A DNA stretch of 24,000 bases from Actinomycetes bacterium. Its GTDB lineage: Bacteria > Actinomycetota > Acidimicrobiia > Acidimicrobiales > RAAP-2. Both the position numbers and the translations under genes were made by a program. The notes under the pieces were generated by a model. That model was not told the DNA's origin, did not search any database, and saw only the letters and a list, made by a program, of their open reading frames with translations. Positions 9,806 through 20,286 of the stretch are shown one piece after another; positions within the stretch are counted from its first letter, which is position 1; the number at the start of each line of letters is the position of its first letter. The stretch is taken from the NCBI GenBank assembly GCA_021820665.1, contig JAKADK010000019.1:14880-38879 (forward strand), given 5' to 3'.

Positions 9806-11867
9806 TGCCCGCGTCGCAGGTCGATGATCTCTGCGAGCTTGTCACCGGGATGCCCTGCCTCGGTGCCGTGCCGGTGGGAGACGGCACCACCCGGTTCTCG
9901 CTGTGGGCGCCGGCGGCACGTTCCGTCCAGCTCCACCTGATCGGGGATGGCCACCCGACCGGTCAGGCCCACCCAGGCGACCCGGCGGGGGGGGAGGCCC
10001 ACGGAGGCGACCCGACCGGTCAGGCCCCCGCCACCCGGGCCGTAGCGGGGCTCGGGCGCGACCGGTACGTCGACGTCCCGGACGTGGGCGGTGGCTACCG
10101 GGCCGTGGTCGTGGACGATTGCGGGCCGGGCCAGCGGTACCGGTTCGTGCTGGACGGCCATGAGCATGCCGACCCGGCCTCCCGGTTCCAGCCCGACGGC
10201 GTCTTCGGGCCCTCGGCGGTCGTCGAGGTGGCCAGGCCGTGGGGTGACGGGGCGTACCGGCCTCGGCCGCTCGCCGAACTGGTCATCTGCGAGGTCCACG
10301 TCGGCACGGCGACGCCGGGAGGTACCTTCGCCAGCGCCATGCACCTCCTCGACGGCTGGGCCGAGCTGGGGATCACTGCCGTCGAGCTCATGCCGGTGGC
10401 GCAGTTCTCCGGCACTCGCAACTGGGGTTACGACGGCGTCTTCCCGTTTGCCGTCCAGCACTCCTACGGCGGTCCGGACGGGCTCGCCCACTTCGTCGAC
10501 GCGTGCCACCGGCGGGACCTGGCCGTGGTGCTCGACGTGGTCTACAACCACCTCGGCCCGGAGGGCAACGTGCTCGGCGCCTACGGGCCGTACTTCACCG
10601 ACCGCTACCGGACGCCGTGGGGGGCGGCGGTCAACGTGGACGGTCCCCACTCCGACGAGGTCCGCGCCTTCTGGCTCCAGAACGCGGTGCAGTGGTTCGC
10701 CTGGTTCCACGTCGACGCGCTGCGGCTGGACGCCATCCACGGGATCGTCGACCCGACGGCCGCCCCGTTCGTCGAGGAGCTGAGCCGCGCCGCGGCAGTG
10801 CTCGGTGCCCGCTTGCAACGGCCCTGCGCTCTCGTGGCCGAGAGCGCCGACAACAACCCGAGGGTGGTCACGGCGCGGGACGCCGGCGGGATCGGGATGG
10901 ACGCTCAGTGGAACGACGACTTCCACCACGCGCTCCATGCCGTCGTGACCGGGGAGCGTCGCGGGTACTACGCGGACTTCGGGCGGATCGAAGACGTCGC
11001 CCGGGCCATGGACCAGGGGTTCGTCTACCAGGGAACGCACTCGGTCTACCGAGGAAGGCGCCACGGTGCCCCCTCCGGCGGGCTCGATCCGGAGCGGTTC
11101 GTCGTCTTCGCCCAGAACCACGACCAGATCGGCAACCGACCTCGGGGCGATCGCCTGGCCTCCCTCGTCACCTACGATCGGCTCCGGCTGGTCGCCGCGG
11201 CCGTGCTCCTGGCGCCGGGTGTCCCCTTGCTGTTCATGGGTGAGGAGTACGGGGAGACGGCGCCGTTCCCGTACTTCGTCGACCACCGGGACCCCAGGCT
11301 CCTCGACGCGGTGCGTCGCGGGCGACTCGCGGAGATGGGGCCCCTCCCCTCCGGCGACGAGCCCCCTGACCCCGGCGACGTCTCGACGTTCCGGTCAGCC
11401 GTCCTCGTGCCCGGTAGGCACGAAGACGAGCCGAACCGGAAGCTCAGGGCGCTCCACCGGCGGCTCATCGGCCTGCGCCGGAGCGAGCCAGCTCTGGCCT
11501 GCACCCGGCGTGACCAGGCCCGCGCCGACGCGCACGGTTCCGTGGTCACCCTCACGCGGCGCGTCGCAGACTCGGCGGTGATCGTCTGGCTCAACTTCGC
11601 CGACGAGGCCGTGGAGGTGGCTCTCCCCGTCCCGCCGCGGGCAGTGAGGTCGGTTCCCTATGAACCGGCGTGGCGAGTCCTGCTCGACTCGGCGGATCCG
11701 ACGATCGGCGGATCCGGTCCGCCGGTGCCCGCCGGTGGTAGCCCTGGAACCGCCGTCACGCTGGCGCCGTGGTCGTTCAGTGCCTTCAGGGTCCGGGTCC
11801 CCGACTGGCGAGGAGCGCGTGCTGCCGACGGCCCAGACCGGTGCGGTCGGGCCAGGGGCGAGGGCGC

Positions 11868-11871
<4 letters not shown>
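9805..11871 (+). CDS. treZ: malto-oligosyltrehalose trehalohydrolase (TreZ, GH13_10)
   Basis: ATG 9805 shares one nucleotide with the glgB stop (TGATG). The track ORF from 9016 is an out-of-context extension through glgB. Motifs include TRFSLWAPAARSVQLHL, ICEVHVGTATPGGTF, GITAVELMPVAQFSGTRNWGYDGVFPFAVQHSYGGPDGL, AVVLDVVYNHLGPEGN, HVDALRLDAIHGI, LVAESADNNPR, GMDAQWNDDFHHALH and FAQNHDQIGNR. Confidence 0.88.
9951..10030. repeat. imperfect ~30-bp in-frame tandem repeat inside the treZ N-terminal domain (PTGQAHPGDPAGG / EAHGGDPTGQAP)
   Basis: The exact 17-mer cccgaccggtcaggccc occurs at 9954-9970 and again at 10011-10027. cag-gcc-cac-cca-ggc-gac-ccg (from 9964) and gag-gcc-cac-gga-ggc-gac-ccg (from 9994) lie 30 nt apart. 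Confidence 0.7.
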
Positions 11872-13987
<2,116 letters not shown>

Positions 13988-13991
<4 letters not shown>

Positions 13992-16753
13992 CTCGGCCCG
14001 CCGGGGCCCGTCGCCCCCTCGGCTCGACGTACCGCCTCCAGCTCCACGGGATCGGCTTCGCCGGAGCACGCCAGCTCGTCGGCTACCTCGACGATCTGGG
14101 GGTCCAGACCCTCTACGTCTCGCCGATCCTGGCGGCGCGGGAGGGCAGCACCCACGGGTACGACGTGGTCGACCCCACCCGGCTCGATCCGTCCCTGGGG
14201 TCCCCCGAGGACTTCGAGGACCTCTTGGCGGCACTGGACAGGCACGGAATGCGCCTCCTTGTCGACATCGTCCCCAACCACCAGGCCGTCGATCCTTCCA
14301 ATCCGTGGTGGTGGGACGTCCTGCGACGCGGCCGGGAGTCGCCTATGGCCCGGTGCTTCGACATCGACTGGGCGGCCCAGGGGGGGAGGGTGCTCCTGCC
14401 CGAGCTGCCCGAGCCTCTCGGGGCCCTGCTCTCCCGGGGCGCCTTCGAGGTCGGCGTGGACCGTGGCGGACCCGTCGTCGTCCTGGGCGACCGGCGCTAT
14501 CCGTTGCGGACCGGTGCTCCCGACGGCACACCTGGGCCGGGGGCCGGCGGGGGTGCCGAGGACGTGCCGGCGTTGCTCGCCCGGCAGCACTACCGACTTG
14601 CCTACTGGCGCATCGCCCGTCTGGAGGGCAACTACCGGCGGTTCTTCGACGTCGACGGGTTGGTGGGCGTGCGGGTGGAAGATCCCGCCGTCTATGAGGC
14701 GACCCACGAGCTGGTGGGAGAGCTGGCGGCCGATCGCCGCATCGCCGGTTTCCGGGTCGACCATGTCGACGGGCTCGCCGATCCGGAGACCTATCTCGCC
14801 CGGCTGGCCGGCGACCTCGGCGGGCGGCGAGGTGGCCCGGCGACGGTCCTGGTGGAAAAGATCCTGGCCGCCGGGGAGTCCCTTCCTGGCACGTGGCCGG
14901 TCGACGGCACCACCGGCTACGAGCTCGCGGCGGCGGCGGCACGCCTCTTCGTCGACAGTGCCGGGGTCTCGGCCCTGGCGCGCCTCGGCGAGGAGTGCAC
15001 GGGAGATCGGCGGACATTCGCCGAGCTGGTGCGCGACGCGAAGGGCAGCATCGTCGACCAGCTCTTCCCGGCGGTCCTGGGCCGGCTCGGGTACCTGGCG
15101 CACGGCGCGCTGTCGGGGTCCGATCCCGGGATCGACCTCGGGGTGGCCGACGTGACTGCCGCCTTGCGGGCCCTGACGATCCAGCTGGACGTCTACCGAA
15201 CCTACCGGGGAGGGGCAGGACGGAGCGCTCCGGGCGGCAGGTCCGGGAAATCGGCCGACCAGGAGCGCATCGACCGGGCGCGCATCGACCAGGCGGCGCA
15301 TCGTGCCGCCTCCTCGCTGGACGAGGAGGGTCGTCGTGCTCTGCAGGTGGTGCGCAACAGGATGGTCGAGGCGTGCCTTCCGGCCGGGACCACGACCGGG
15401 GGGCCAGCCGACGGCCGCGGCGACGGGGAGGCGGCCCCGGGGTGGGTGGAAGTCGTCCGGCGCTGGCAGCAGCTGACCGGAGCGGTGATGGCCAAGGGCG
15501 TCGAGGACACCGCCGCCTACCGCTACTCCGGCCTGGTGGCCCAGGCCGAGGTGGGGGAGGTCCCGGAGGGCCCGGCGGTCGACCCGAGGTCGGTGCTGAC
15601 CGGTCTCGTCGACCGGGGTCGCCGCCACCCGTCGACGCTCAACGCCGGGTCCACCCACGACTCGAAGCGGAGCGCGGACGTTCGGGCTCGGCTATGGACG
15701 CTCTCCGAGGCCGCTGGCGAGTGGGCCCGCCTCGTCCGGCGATGGCGCCGACGTCACGCCCCGGTGGTCGAGCGCCGGGGAGGACCGGACGCCCACGACG
15801 AGCTGGTTGCCTACCAGACGTGCTGCGGGGTGTGGCCGGTCGCCGGGGAGCTCCCGGCGGACCTCGGCGCCCGGGTGGCGGCGGCGCTGGTGAAAGGGGC
15901 GCGGGAGGCGAAGTGGAAGACCAGTTGGCTCGATCCCGACGCCGGCTACGAGGCGGCGCTCACCGCCTTCGTGGGCGACCTCTTCGGTCCGGCCGGGTCG
16001 ACGTTCCGGGCAGAGATGGACCGGTTCGTAGCGCGGATCGGTCCGGCCGGCGCCACCAACTCCCTGGCCTTCGTGGTGCTCCAGGCCGTGCTGCCCGGAG
16101 TCCCGGATCTCTACCAAGGCTCCGAGACCTGGGACTTCTCACTCATGGACCCCGACAACCGGCGCCCCGTGGCATTCGACCGTCTGGCCGCTCTCCTGGC
16201 CCAGACCCCCGTCGCCGGCACGGCGCCAGGCGGCACGGCGCCAGGCGGCTCGGCACCGGACGGCACGGCACCGGACGGCACGGCACCGGACGGCACGGCA
16301 CCGGACGGCAGGGCACCGGACGGCAGGGCGCGTGCCCGGGTGCAGCTGGACAGGTGGGGTGACGGGCGGGTGAAGCTCCACGTGGTCCGCTCGCTCCTCC
16401 ACCTGCGCGCCGGGCTACCGGCGCTGTTCGACCGGGGGCGATGTGAGGTGCTCGGTGCCCGGGGGCCCATGGCCGATCACGTGGTCGGGCTTGCCCGGCA
16501 CCACGGTCGGCACTGGGTGGTGGCTGTGGTGCCGCGCCTGGTGCTCTCGGTCGCCGGTCCGGGCCGGTTCCCGACCGGGGGAGAGCCATGGGCGGGGACG
16601 AAGGTGGACCTCCCCGAAGACGCTCCCCGGGAGCTGGAAGACGTGCTCACCGGAGCCTTCGTGCGCGCCCCCCGGCGGGGGTTGCCCGTCGGGGCCATCC
16701 TCGACCCCCTGCCGGTGGCCGTCCTGGCGGGGAGAGCCGGCAAGGCCGGCTGA
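13988..16753 (+). CDS. treY: malto-oligosyltrehalose synthase (TreY, GH13_26)
   Basis: ATG 13988 sits in an ATGA overlap with the glgX stop. Motifs include STYRLQLHGIGFAGARQLVGYLDDLGVQTLYVSPI, GSTHGYDVVDPTRLDPSLG, LLVDIVPNHQAV, NYRRFFDVDGLVGVRVEDP, GFRVDHVDGLADP, VEKILAAGESLPGTWPVDGTTGYE, AKGVEDTAAYRY, STHDSKRSADVRAR and PGVPDLYQGSETWDFSLMDPDNRRPV. Confidence 0.9.
16216..16330. repeat. 15-bp tandem repeat, about 7.5 copies, in frame inside treY (pentapeptide (G/D)GTAP array)
   Basis: The units are cggcacggcgccagg x2 (16216-16245), cggctcggcaccgga (16246-16260), cggcacggcaccgga x3 (16261-16305), cggcagggcaccgga (16306-16320) and a partial unit from 16321. Together they translate as GTAPGGTAPGGSAPDGTAPDGTAPDGTAPDGRAPDGRA. 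Confidence 0.95.
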
Positions 16754-16760
16754 CCCAACC

Positions 16761-16790
16761 GGCGGAGACGGGCGGAGACGGGCGGAGACG
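16761..16790. repeat. perfect 10-bp x 3 tandem repeat (ggcggagacg) in the treY-downstream intergenic region
   Basis: ggcggagacg occupies 16761-16770, 16771-16780 and 16781-16790, starting 8 nt after the treY TGA (16751-16753). The unit is not a multiple of 3, which fits a non-coding location. Confidence 0.95.
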
Positions 16791-16862
16791 GGGTCTGCCC
16801 CTGATCGCGTCCTCCCGGCCAGGTGTGCCTCCAACGCCGCCCGGCGCGGCTGGGCAGGCGGA

Positions 16863-16868
16863 TAGCAT
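16863..16868 (+). promoter_or_regulatory. candidate -10 hexamer (TAGCAT, TAnnnT class) that would give a leaderless transcript starting at ATG 16875
   Basis: TAGCAT ends 6 nt before the A of ATG 16875. No clear -35 element is present, and no strong Shine-Dalgarno lies close to the ATG. This is sequence pattern only. Confidence 0.2.
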
Positions 16869-16874
16869 CTCGCC

Positions 16875-17447
16875 ATGGCTCCGGAGCAGGGTGAGGCCGG
16901 CGACGGGCCGCACGGGGATGCATGGGGGGCCGAGGTCGCCCAGCCGCCGGAGCCCCGTTTCCGCAGCGTCGAGGTCGCGGATGTCGCCCTCGACCTGCTG
17001 GATCGTTACGCCCGGTTGGTCTTCCGGGAGATCGATCCCCCCCGTCGTACCCTGGTCTGCCCGATCGGCGTGCCTGAGGCGGCTGCCATTGCCGCCGTGC
17101 GCGCCGGCGTGGTCGCCCCGCGCCCGACCAGCCACCAGCTCGTGGCGGCGATCCTCGGGCGGATGGACGTCGCCGTGATCGCCGTCCGACTGGTCGGCCG
17201 GGCCGGCCGGGCGTACTTGGCCGAGATCGACCTCACCCGGGGCGGTCGTCTCCAGACCTTCGAGTGCCGGCCGACCGATGCCGTGCTCCTCTGCTTGCAC
17301 CACGATGGGTCGGTGCCCATCGTGGTCGACGAGCGCCTGCTGAGCGGGGCCGGGGACGTCCTGCCGGGCTCCGGGGCCGGGGACGTCCTGCCTAACTCCG
17401 GGGCCGGTACCGGCTCGTCGGCCGTCGAGCCCGCTGCGCATCCCTGA
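16875..17447 (+). CDS. bifunctional nuclease family protein (DUF151/BFN domain)
   Basis: 190-aa ORF. The core FRSVEVADVALDLLDRYARLVFREIDPPRRTLVCPIGVPEAAAIAAVRAGVVAPRPTSHQLV...AYLAEIDL...FECRPTDAVLLCLHHDGSVPIVVDERLL follows the DUF151 pattern as I recall it: P-I-x-I-G-x-x-E-A-x-A-I ... RP-x-T-H-D-L ... DARPSDA-x-x-LAL ... PI-x-V. The C-terminal tail is low-complexity. Confidence 0.7.
   Translation: MAPEQGEAGDGPHGDAWGAEVAQPPEPRFRSVEVADVALDLLDRYARLVFREIDPPRRTLVCPIGVPEAAAIAAVRAGVVAPRPTSHQLVAAILGRMDVAVIAVRLVGRAGRAYLAEIDLTRGGRLQTFECRPTDAVLLCLHHDGSVPIVVDERLLSGAGDVLPGSGAGDVLPNSGAGTGSSAVEPAAHP
17346..17399. repeat. 27-bp x 2 (plus a partial third) in-frame tandem repeat in the C-terminal tail of the DUF151 gene
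   Basis: ggggccggggacgtcctgccgggctcc at 17346-17372 is followed by ggggccggggacgtcctgcctaactcc at 17373-17399, then ggggccgg again from 17400. The repeat encodes GAGDVLPGS-GAGDVLPNS-GAG. Confidence 0.9.
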
Positions 17448-17656
17448 TGTGACCGCCCCGCCGCGCGCCCCTCGGAGGACGGTCGGCGGAGCCGGCGCCG
17501 GGGTGGGACCGGCCATCTCCATACCCGCTCCCACGTGGACCGCCCTGCCGCCTGCGGCTCATGGCGACCTCAGTGCGGTGCCGGCGGTAGGTTCTCACCG
17601 CGGAGCCGCACCGACGCGCCAGCGGGCGTAGCGACGGCGGGCTTCCGGCACTGCCC

Positions 17657-19978
17657 ATGGAACTGCCCGCCCTCACCAGCCACAGCCAGGCGGTCTTCTG
17701 GACCGAGCTCCTCGTCCTCGTGGGTGTGGCGCGCGCGTTCGGACTGATCGCCCGGCGGTTCGGCCAGCCGGCGGTGATCGGCGAGCTGGTGGCCGGGCTG
17801 GTGGCCGGGCCGTCGGTGTTCGGGGCGCTGGCGCCCGCGTGGTTCCGTTGGTTCCTCCCGGCCGGCCATGCCCAGGGAGACCTCCTGTCAGCCGTCAGCG
17901 GGATCGCCCTCATCGTCTTGCTGGTGGTGATCGGCGCGGAGGCCGACATCCCGCTGATCCGTAGTCTCGGCGCCGCCTCGGTCGCCGTCACGGTGGCCAG
18001 CCTGGCGGTCCCGTTCGCGGGCGGCCTGGTCCTTGCCGGCTGGCTCCCAGCCGACCTCGCCGGGTCCGGGCACCACCAGGTGGCGTTCGACCTCCTGGTG
18101 ACCGGGGCGGTGTGTGTGTCGTCGCTCCCGATCGTGGCCCGGATCGTTGACGAGCTGGGCCTGGTGCGCCGGAGCTTCGCGCAGCTCGCACTGGCGGCCG
18201 GGACGGTGAACGACACGTTCGGCTTCCTCCTGCTCGTCGTGGCGACGGGGCTGGTCGTGAGCGGGGGCTCGACCGGCGGCCTGGCCCGCACCGGCCTGGG
18301 CCTGGTCGTCGTCACCGTGGGGATCTTCACCGTGGGCCAGCGTCTGGTCGATCGCCTGTTGCGTCGGGCCCGCCGCGACGGCCCGAGCGTGACCGCCTCG
18401 CTGACGGTCGTCTTGCTGGCAGCGCTGGCGGCGGCGGTGGGGATGCAGGTCTTTGGCATCGAAGGCGCACTCGGCGGCTTCCTGGCCGGGGTGGTGCTCG
18501 GCCGGTCACGGTTCGAGCCCCGCGAGGCGCTTGCCCACCTGGACCATGCCACCACGGCCTTTCTCGCCCCGTTGTTCTTCGCCACCGCCGGTCTCCGGGT
18601 CGATCTCTCGACGCTCGGGCGTCCCGGGGTGCTGGTCGCCCTGATGTGGCTGACTGCCGGCGCCATCGTCCTGAAGTTCGCCGGTGCCGCGACCGGGGCG
18701 AGGCTCGCGCACCGCTCGTACCGGGAGGCGATCGCCCTCGGGGTCACCCTCAACGGTCGGGGCACTCTGCAGGTCATCCTGGCGGCCGGCGGCCTGGCTC
18801 TCGGTGTCTTCTCCACGGCGACCTACACGGTGGTCATCGTTCTCGCCATCGCCAGCTCGCTTGCGGTGCCGCCATTCCTTCGCCTGGTGCTCTCCGGCTG
18901 GGAGGGATCGCCTGACGAGCGCTCCCGCCTCGAGCATGAGGCGCGGATGGAGCACAACGTGGTGGTCCGCGGCGACCGGATCCTCTGTGCCACGGCCGGG
19001 AGCCCGAGCTCGCTACTGGCAGCCGAGGTGGTCCAGGTGGCGTGGCCAAGTGCCGCCGAGGCGACCGTCGTGTCGATCTCTCCCCGCACGGGGGAGGGCA
19101 GGAGCCTCGAGGCGGACCCGCCCGACGCCGGGCAACCCGGTTCCCAGGGTGCCGACGCCATCGCCGCCGTCACCGGCGTGTTCGCCGGGCGGGAGATCGA
19201 AGCGAAGGAGCTCGACACGGCGGACGTCCTCGACGCCATCGTCGCCGAGGCCAACCTCGGCTACGGCGTGCTCGTGCTCGGTGCCGCCACCCGCCCCCAG
19301 CCCGAGCGGATCCTCTCGGCCGTCGTCGACGAGGTGCTGGTGCGCAGCCCCATCCCGATGGTGATCGCGCGGACCCCCCCGACGGTCCGCCGTCCGTCGG
19401 CAGCGCGGGGCTCGAGCCGGGTGTTCCGTGCGGAAGGGAGCCTCCCGCACTCCTTCGACCTCGAGCGCTCCCCGCACGACCTGCTCCGCTCCTTCGGCCG
19501 GGTCCTCGTCCCCGTCAACGGCACGCCGGCGTCACGCGCCGGCGAGGAGCTGGCCGGCGGGCTGGCAGCAGCCTGCCGCCTCCCGGCTGTGCTCACCCAC
19601 GTCATCACCAGGGACGTCCCGCCGCCGGGTCGGACGAGGCGACCGGGAGGGCCGGATCCATCGGCGTCGTGGGCCGGGGGTCGATCGATCGTCACCCGTC
19701 GATCGATGCCCGTGGAGACAGGCCGCCAGATCCTCTCCGAGGCGGCTGGGACCATGGCGCCGCTCGGCGTGCGCACCCGTCGCATGATCCGCCAGGGGAC
19801 CGACGCCGGTGCCGAGATCATCTCGGCGGCGCGGTCCACTCGCGCCGGGGTCATCGTGCTCGGCGCCTCCGTCCAGGTCGTTGCCGGCCGCCCGTTCCTC
19901 GGTCACACCGTCGAGCACGTCCTCGACCAGACCGATGTCGCCGTGGTGGTCGCCGTGGTCCCCCGGGGAGAGCGCTGA
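17657..19978 (+). CDS. CPA2-family cation/proton antiporter fused to two C-terminal universal-stress-protein (USP)-like domains
   Basis: 773-aa ORF. The N-terminus LLVLVGVARAFGLIARRFGQPAVIGELVAGLVAGPSVFG is the classic Na+/H+-exchanger (Kef/NapA-type) start. It is followed by roughly 400 aa of hydrophobic segments. USP-like module 1 spans about nt 18960-19375 (RILCATAGSP ... GYGVLVLGAATR ... PIPMVIAR). Module 2 spans about nt 19500-19975 (RVLVPVNGTPASRAG ... AGVIVLGASVQVVAGRPFLGHTVEHVLDQTDVAVVVAV). ATG 17657 is the first start after an in-frame TAG at 17630. Confidence 0.8.
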   Translation: MELPALTSHSQAVFWTELLVLVGVARAFGLIARRFGQPAVIGELVAGLVAGPSVFGALAPAWFRWFLPAGHAQGDLLSAVSGIALIVLLVVIGAEADIPLIRSLGAASVAVTVASLAVPFAGGLVLAGWLPADLAGSGHHQVAFDLLVTGAVCVSSLPIVARIVDELGLVRRSFAQLALAAGTVNDTFGFLLLVVATGLVVSGGSTGGLARTGLGLVVVTVGIFTVGQRLVDRLLRRARRDGPSVTASLTVVLLAALAAAVGMQVFGIEGALGGFLAGVVLGRSRFEPREALAHLDHATTAFLAPLFFATAGLRVDLSTLGRPGVLVALMWLTAGAIVLKFAGAATGARLAHRSYREAIALGVTLNGRGTLQVILAAGGLALGVFSTATYTVVIVLAIASSLAVPPFLRLVLSGWEGSPDERSRLEHEARMEHNVVVRGDRILCATAGSPSSLLAAEVVQVAWPSAAEATVVSISPRTGEGRSLEADPPDAGQPGSQGADAIAAVTGVFAGREIEAKELDTADVLDAIVAEANLGYGVLVLGAATRPQPERILSAVVDEVLVRSPIPMVIARTPPTVRRPSAARGSSRVFRAEGSLPHSFDLERSPHDLLRSFGRVLVPVNGTPASRAGEELAGGLAAACRLPAVLTHVITRDVPPPGRTRRPGGPDPSASWAGGRSIVTRRSMPVETGRQILSEAAGTMAPLGVRTRRMIRQGTDAGAEIISAARSTRAGVIVLGASVQVVAGRPFLGHTVEHVLDQTDVAVVVAVVPRGER

Positions 19979-20286
19979 CGTCACGGGACGCCCGCGGCGC
20001 CCAGGTGGGCCCGGGCGGAGCGCAGGGCGTTCCCCGCCCGGTCGTCGATCACGGCCAGGGCGGTCGGCCCACGGGTAGCGGCCGGCGGGCCTGAGGAGAC
20101 GGCAGAGCCACCCGATGGCCGGTTTCCCGCCCAACGCTACGATAAGCCCATCGAGCTGCCAGGTACTGACCGACCGGCCGGGATGCCCCAGGGGTGTGAG
20201 GGGGAGGACGCGCTCACCGGACCCGGGTCCGGGGGAGGGCGCGCCGAGGGCCCGTCGGTGGCGCACGTGGGGGCGGGGCCGGTCCG

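Noticed and set aside
16216-16330. Possible CRISPR array, considered for this and the other tandem repeats (16761-16790, 17346-17399, 21097-21123, 22489-22548).
   Set aside because: The repeats are directly adjacent with no unique spacers. The units are only 9-30 bp. Most are in frame within coding sequence. No cas genes are present.
16775-16800. Rho-independent terminator after treY.
   Set aside because: Only a short interrupted stem (GGC..AGAC ggg GTCT GCC) is possible, and no downstream T-tract follows. I found no convincing intrinsic terminator anywhere in the window.
17449-17631. 60-aa ORF in the spacer between the DUF151 gene and the antiporter.
   Set aside because: The translation is Pro/Ala/Gly-rich with no hydrophobic core or motif. 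It has no Shine-Dalgarno and starts on a GTG inside the ATGTGA just after the upstream stop. It most likely arose by chance.
17448-17656. c-di-AMP (ydaO/kimA-type) riboswitch in the 209-nt leader of the cation/proton antiporter.
   Set aside because: The context is tempting, and there are loose resemblances (ccggggtgggacc, ggtagg, cgtagcg). I cannot find the conserved cores as I remember them (GGGGACCCA, GGGGUGAAUC, CCCGAAUCCG, AGCUAACC) or the pseudo-twofold architecture. A covariance-model scan with Rfam RF00379 would settle it.
19976-20010. Selenocysteine or programmed read-through at the antiporter TGA, with the downstream hairpin GGGaCGCC-cgc-GGCGCCC as a SECIS-like element.
   Set aside because: The stem has a 3-nt loop and no resemblance to the bacterial SECIS apical loop I know. 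The would-be extension is Arg-rich with rare AGG codons. No selenoprotein context is present. I keep it only as the least likely option in the gap finding.
20190-20286. yybP-ykoY (Mn2+) riboswitch upstream of the LysE-superfamily-like membrane protein.
   Set aside because: gagggggaggacg only partly resembles the conserved GGGGAGUAG. No GACAUA- or AGACC-type partner elements are visible. The local hairpins (ggtgtgag...ctcaccgg and the palindrome ggacccgggtcc) are unremarkable in GC-rich DNA. An Rfam RF00080 scan would be decisive.
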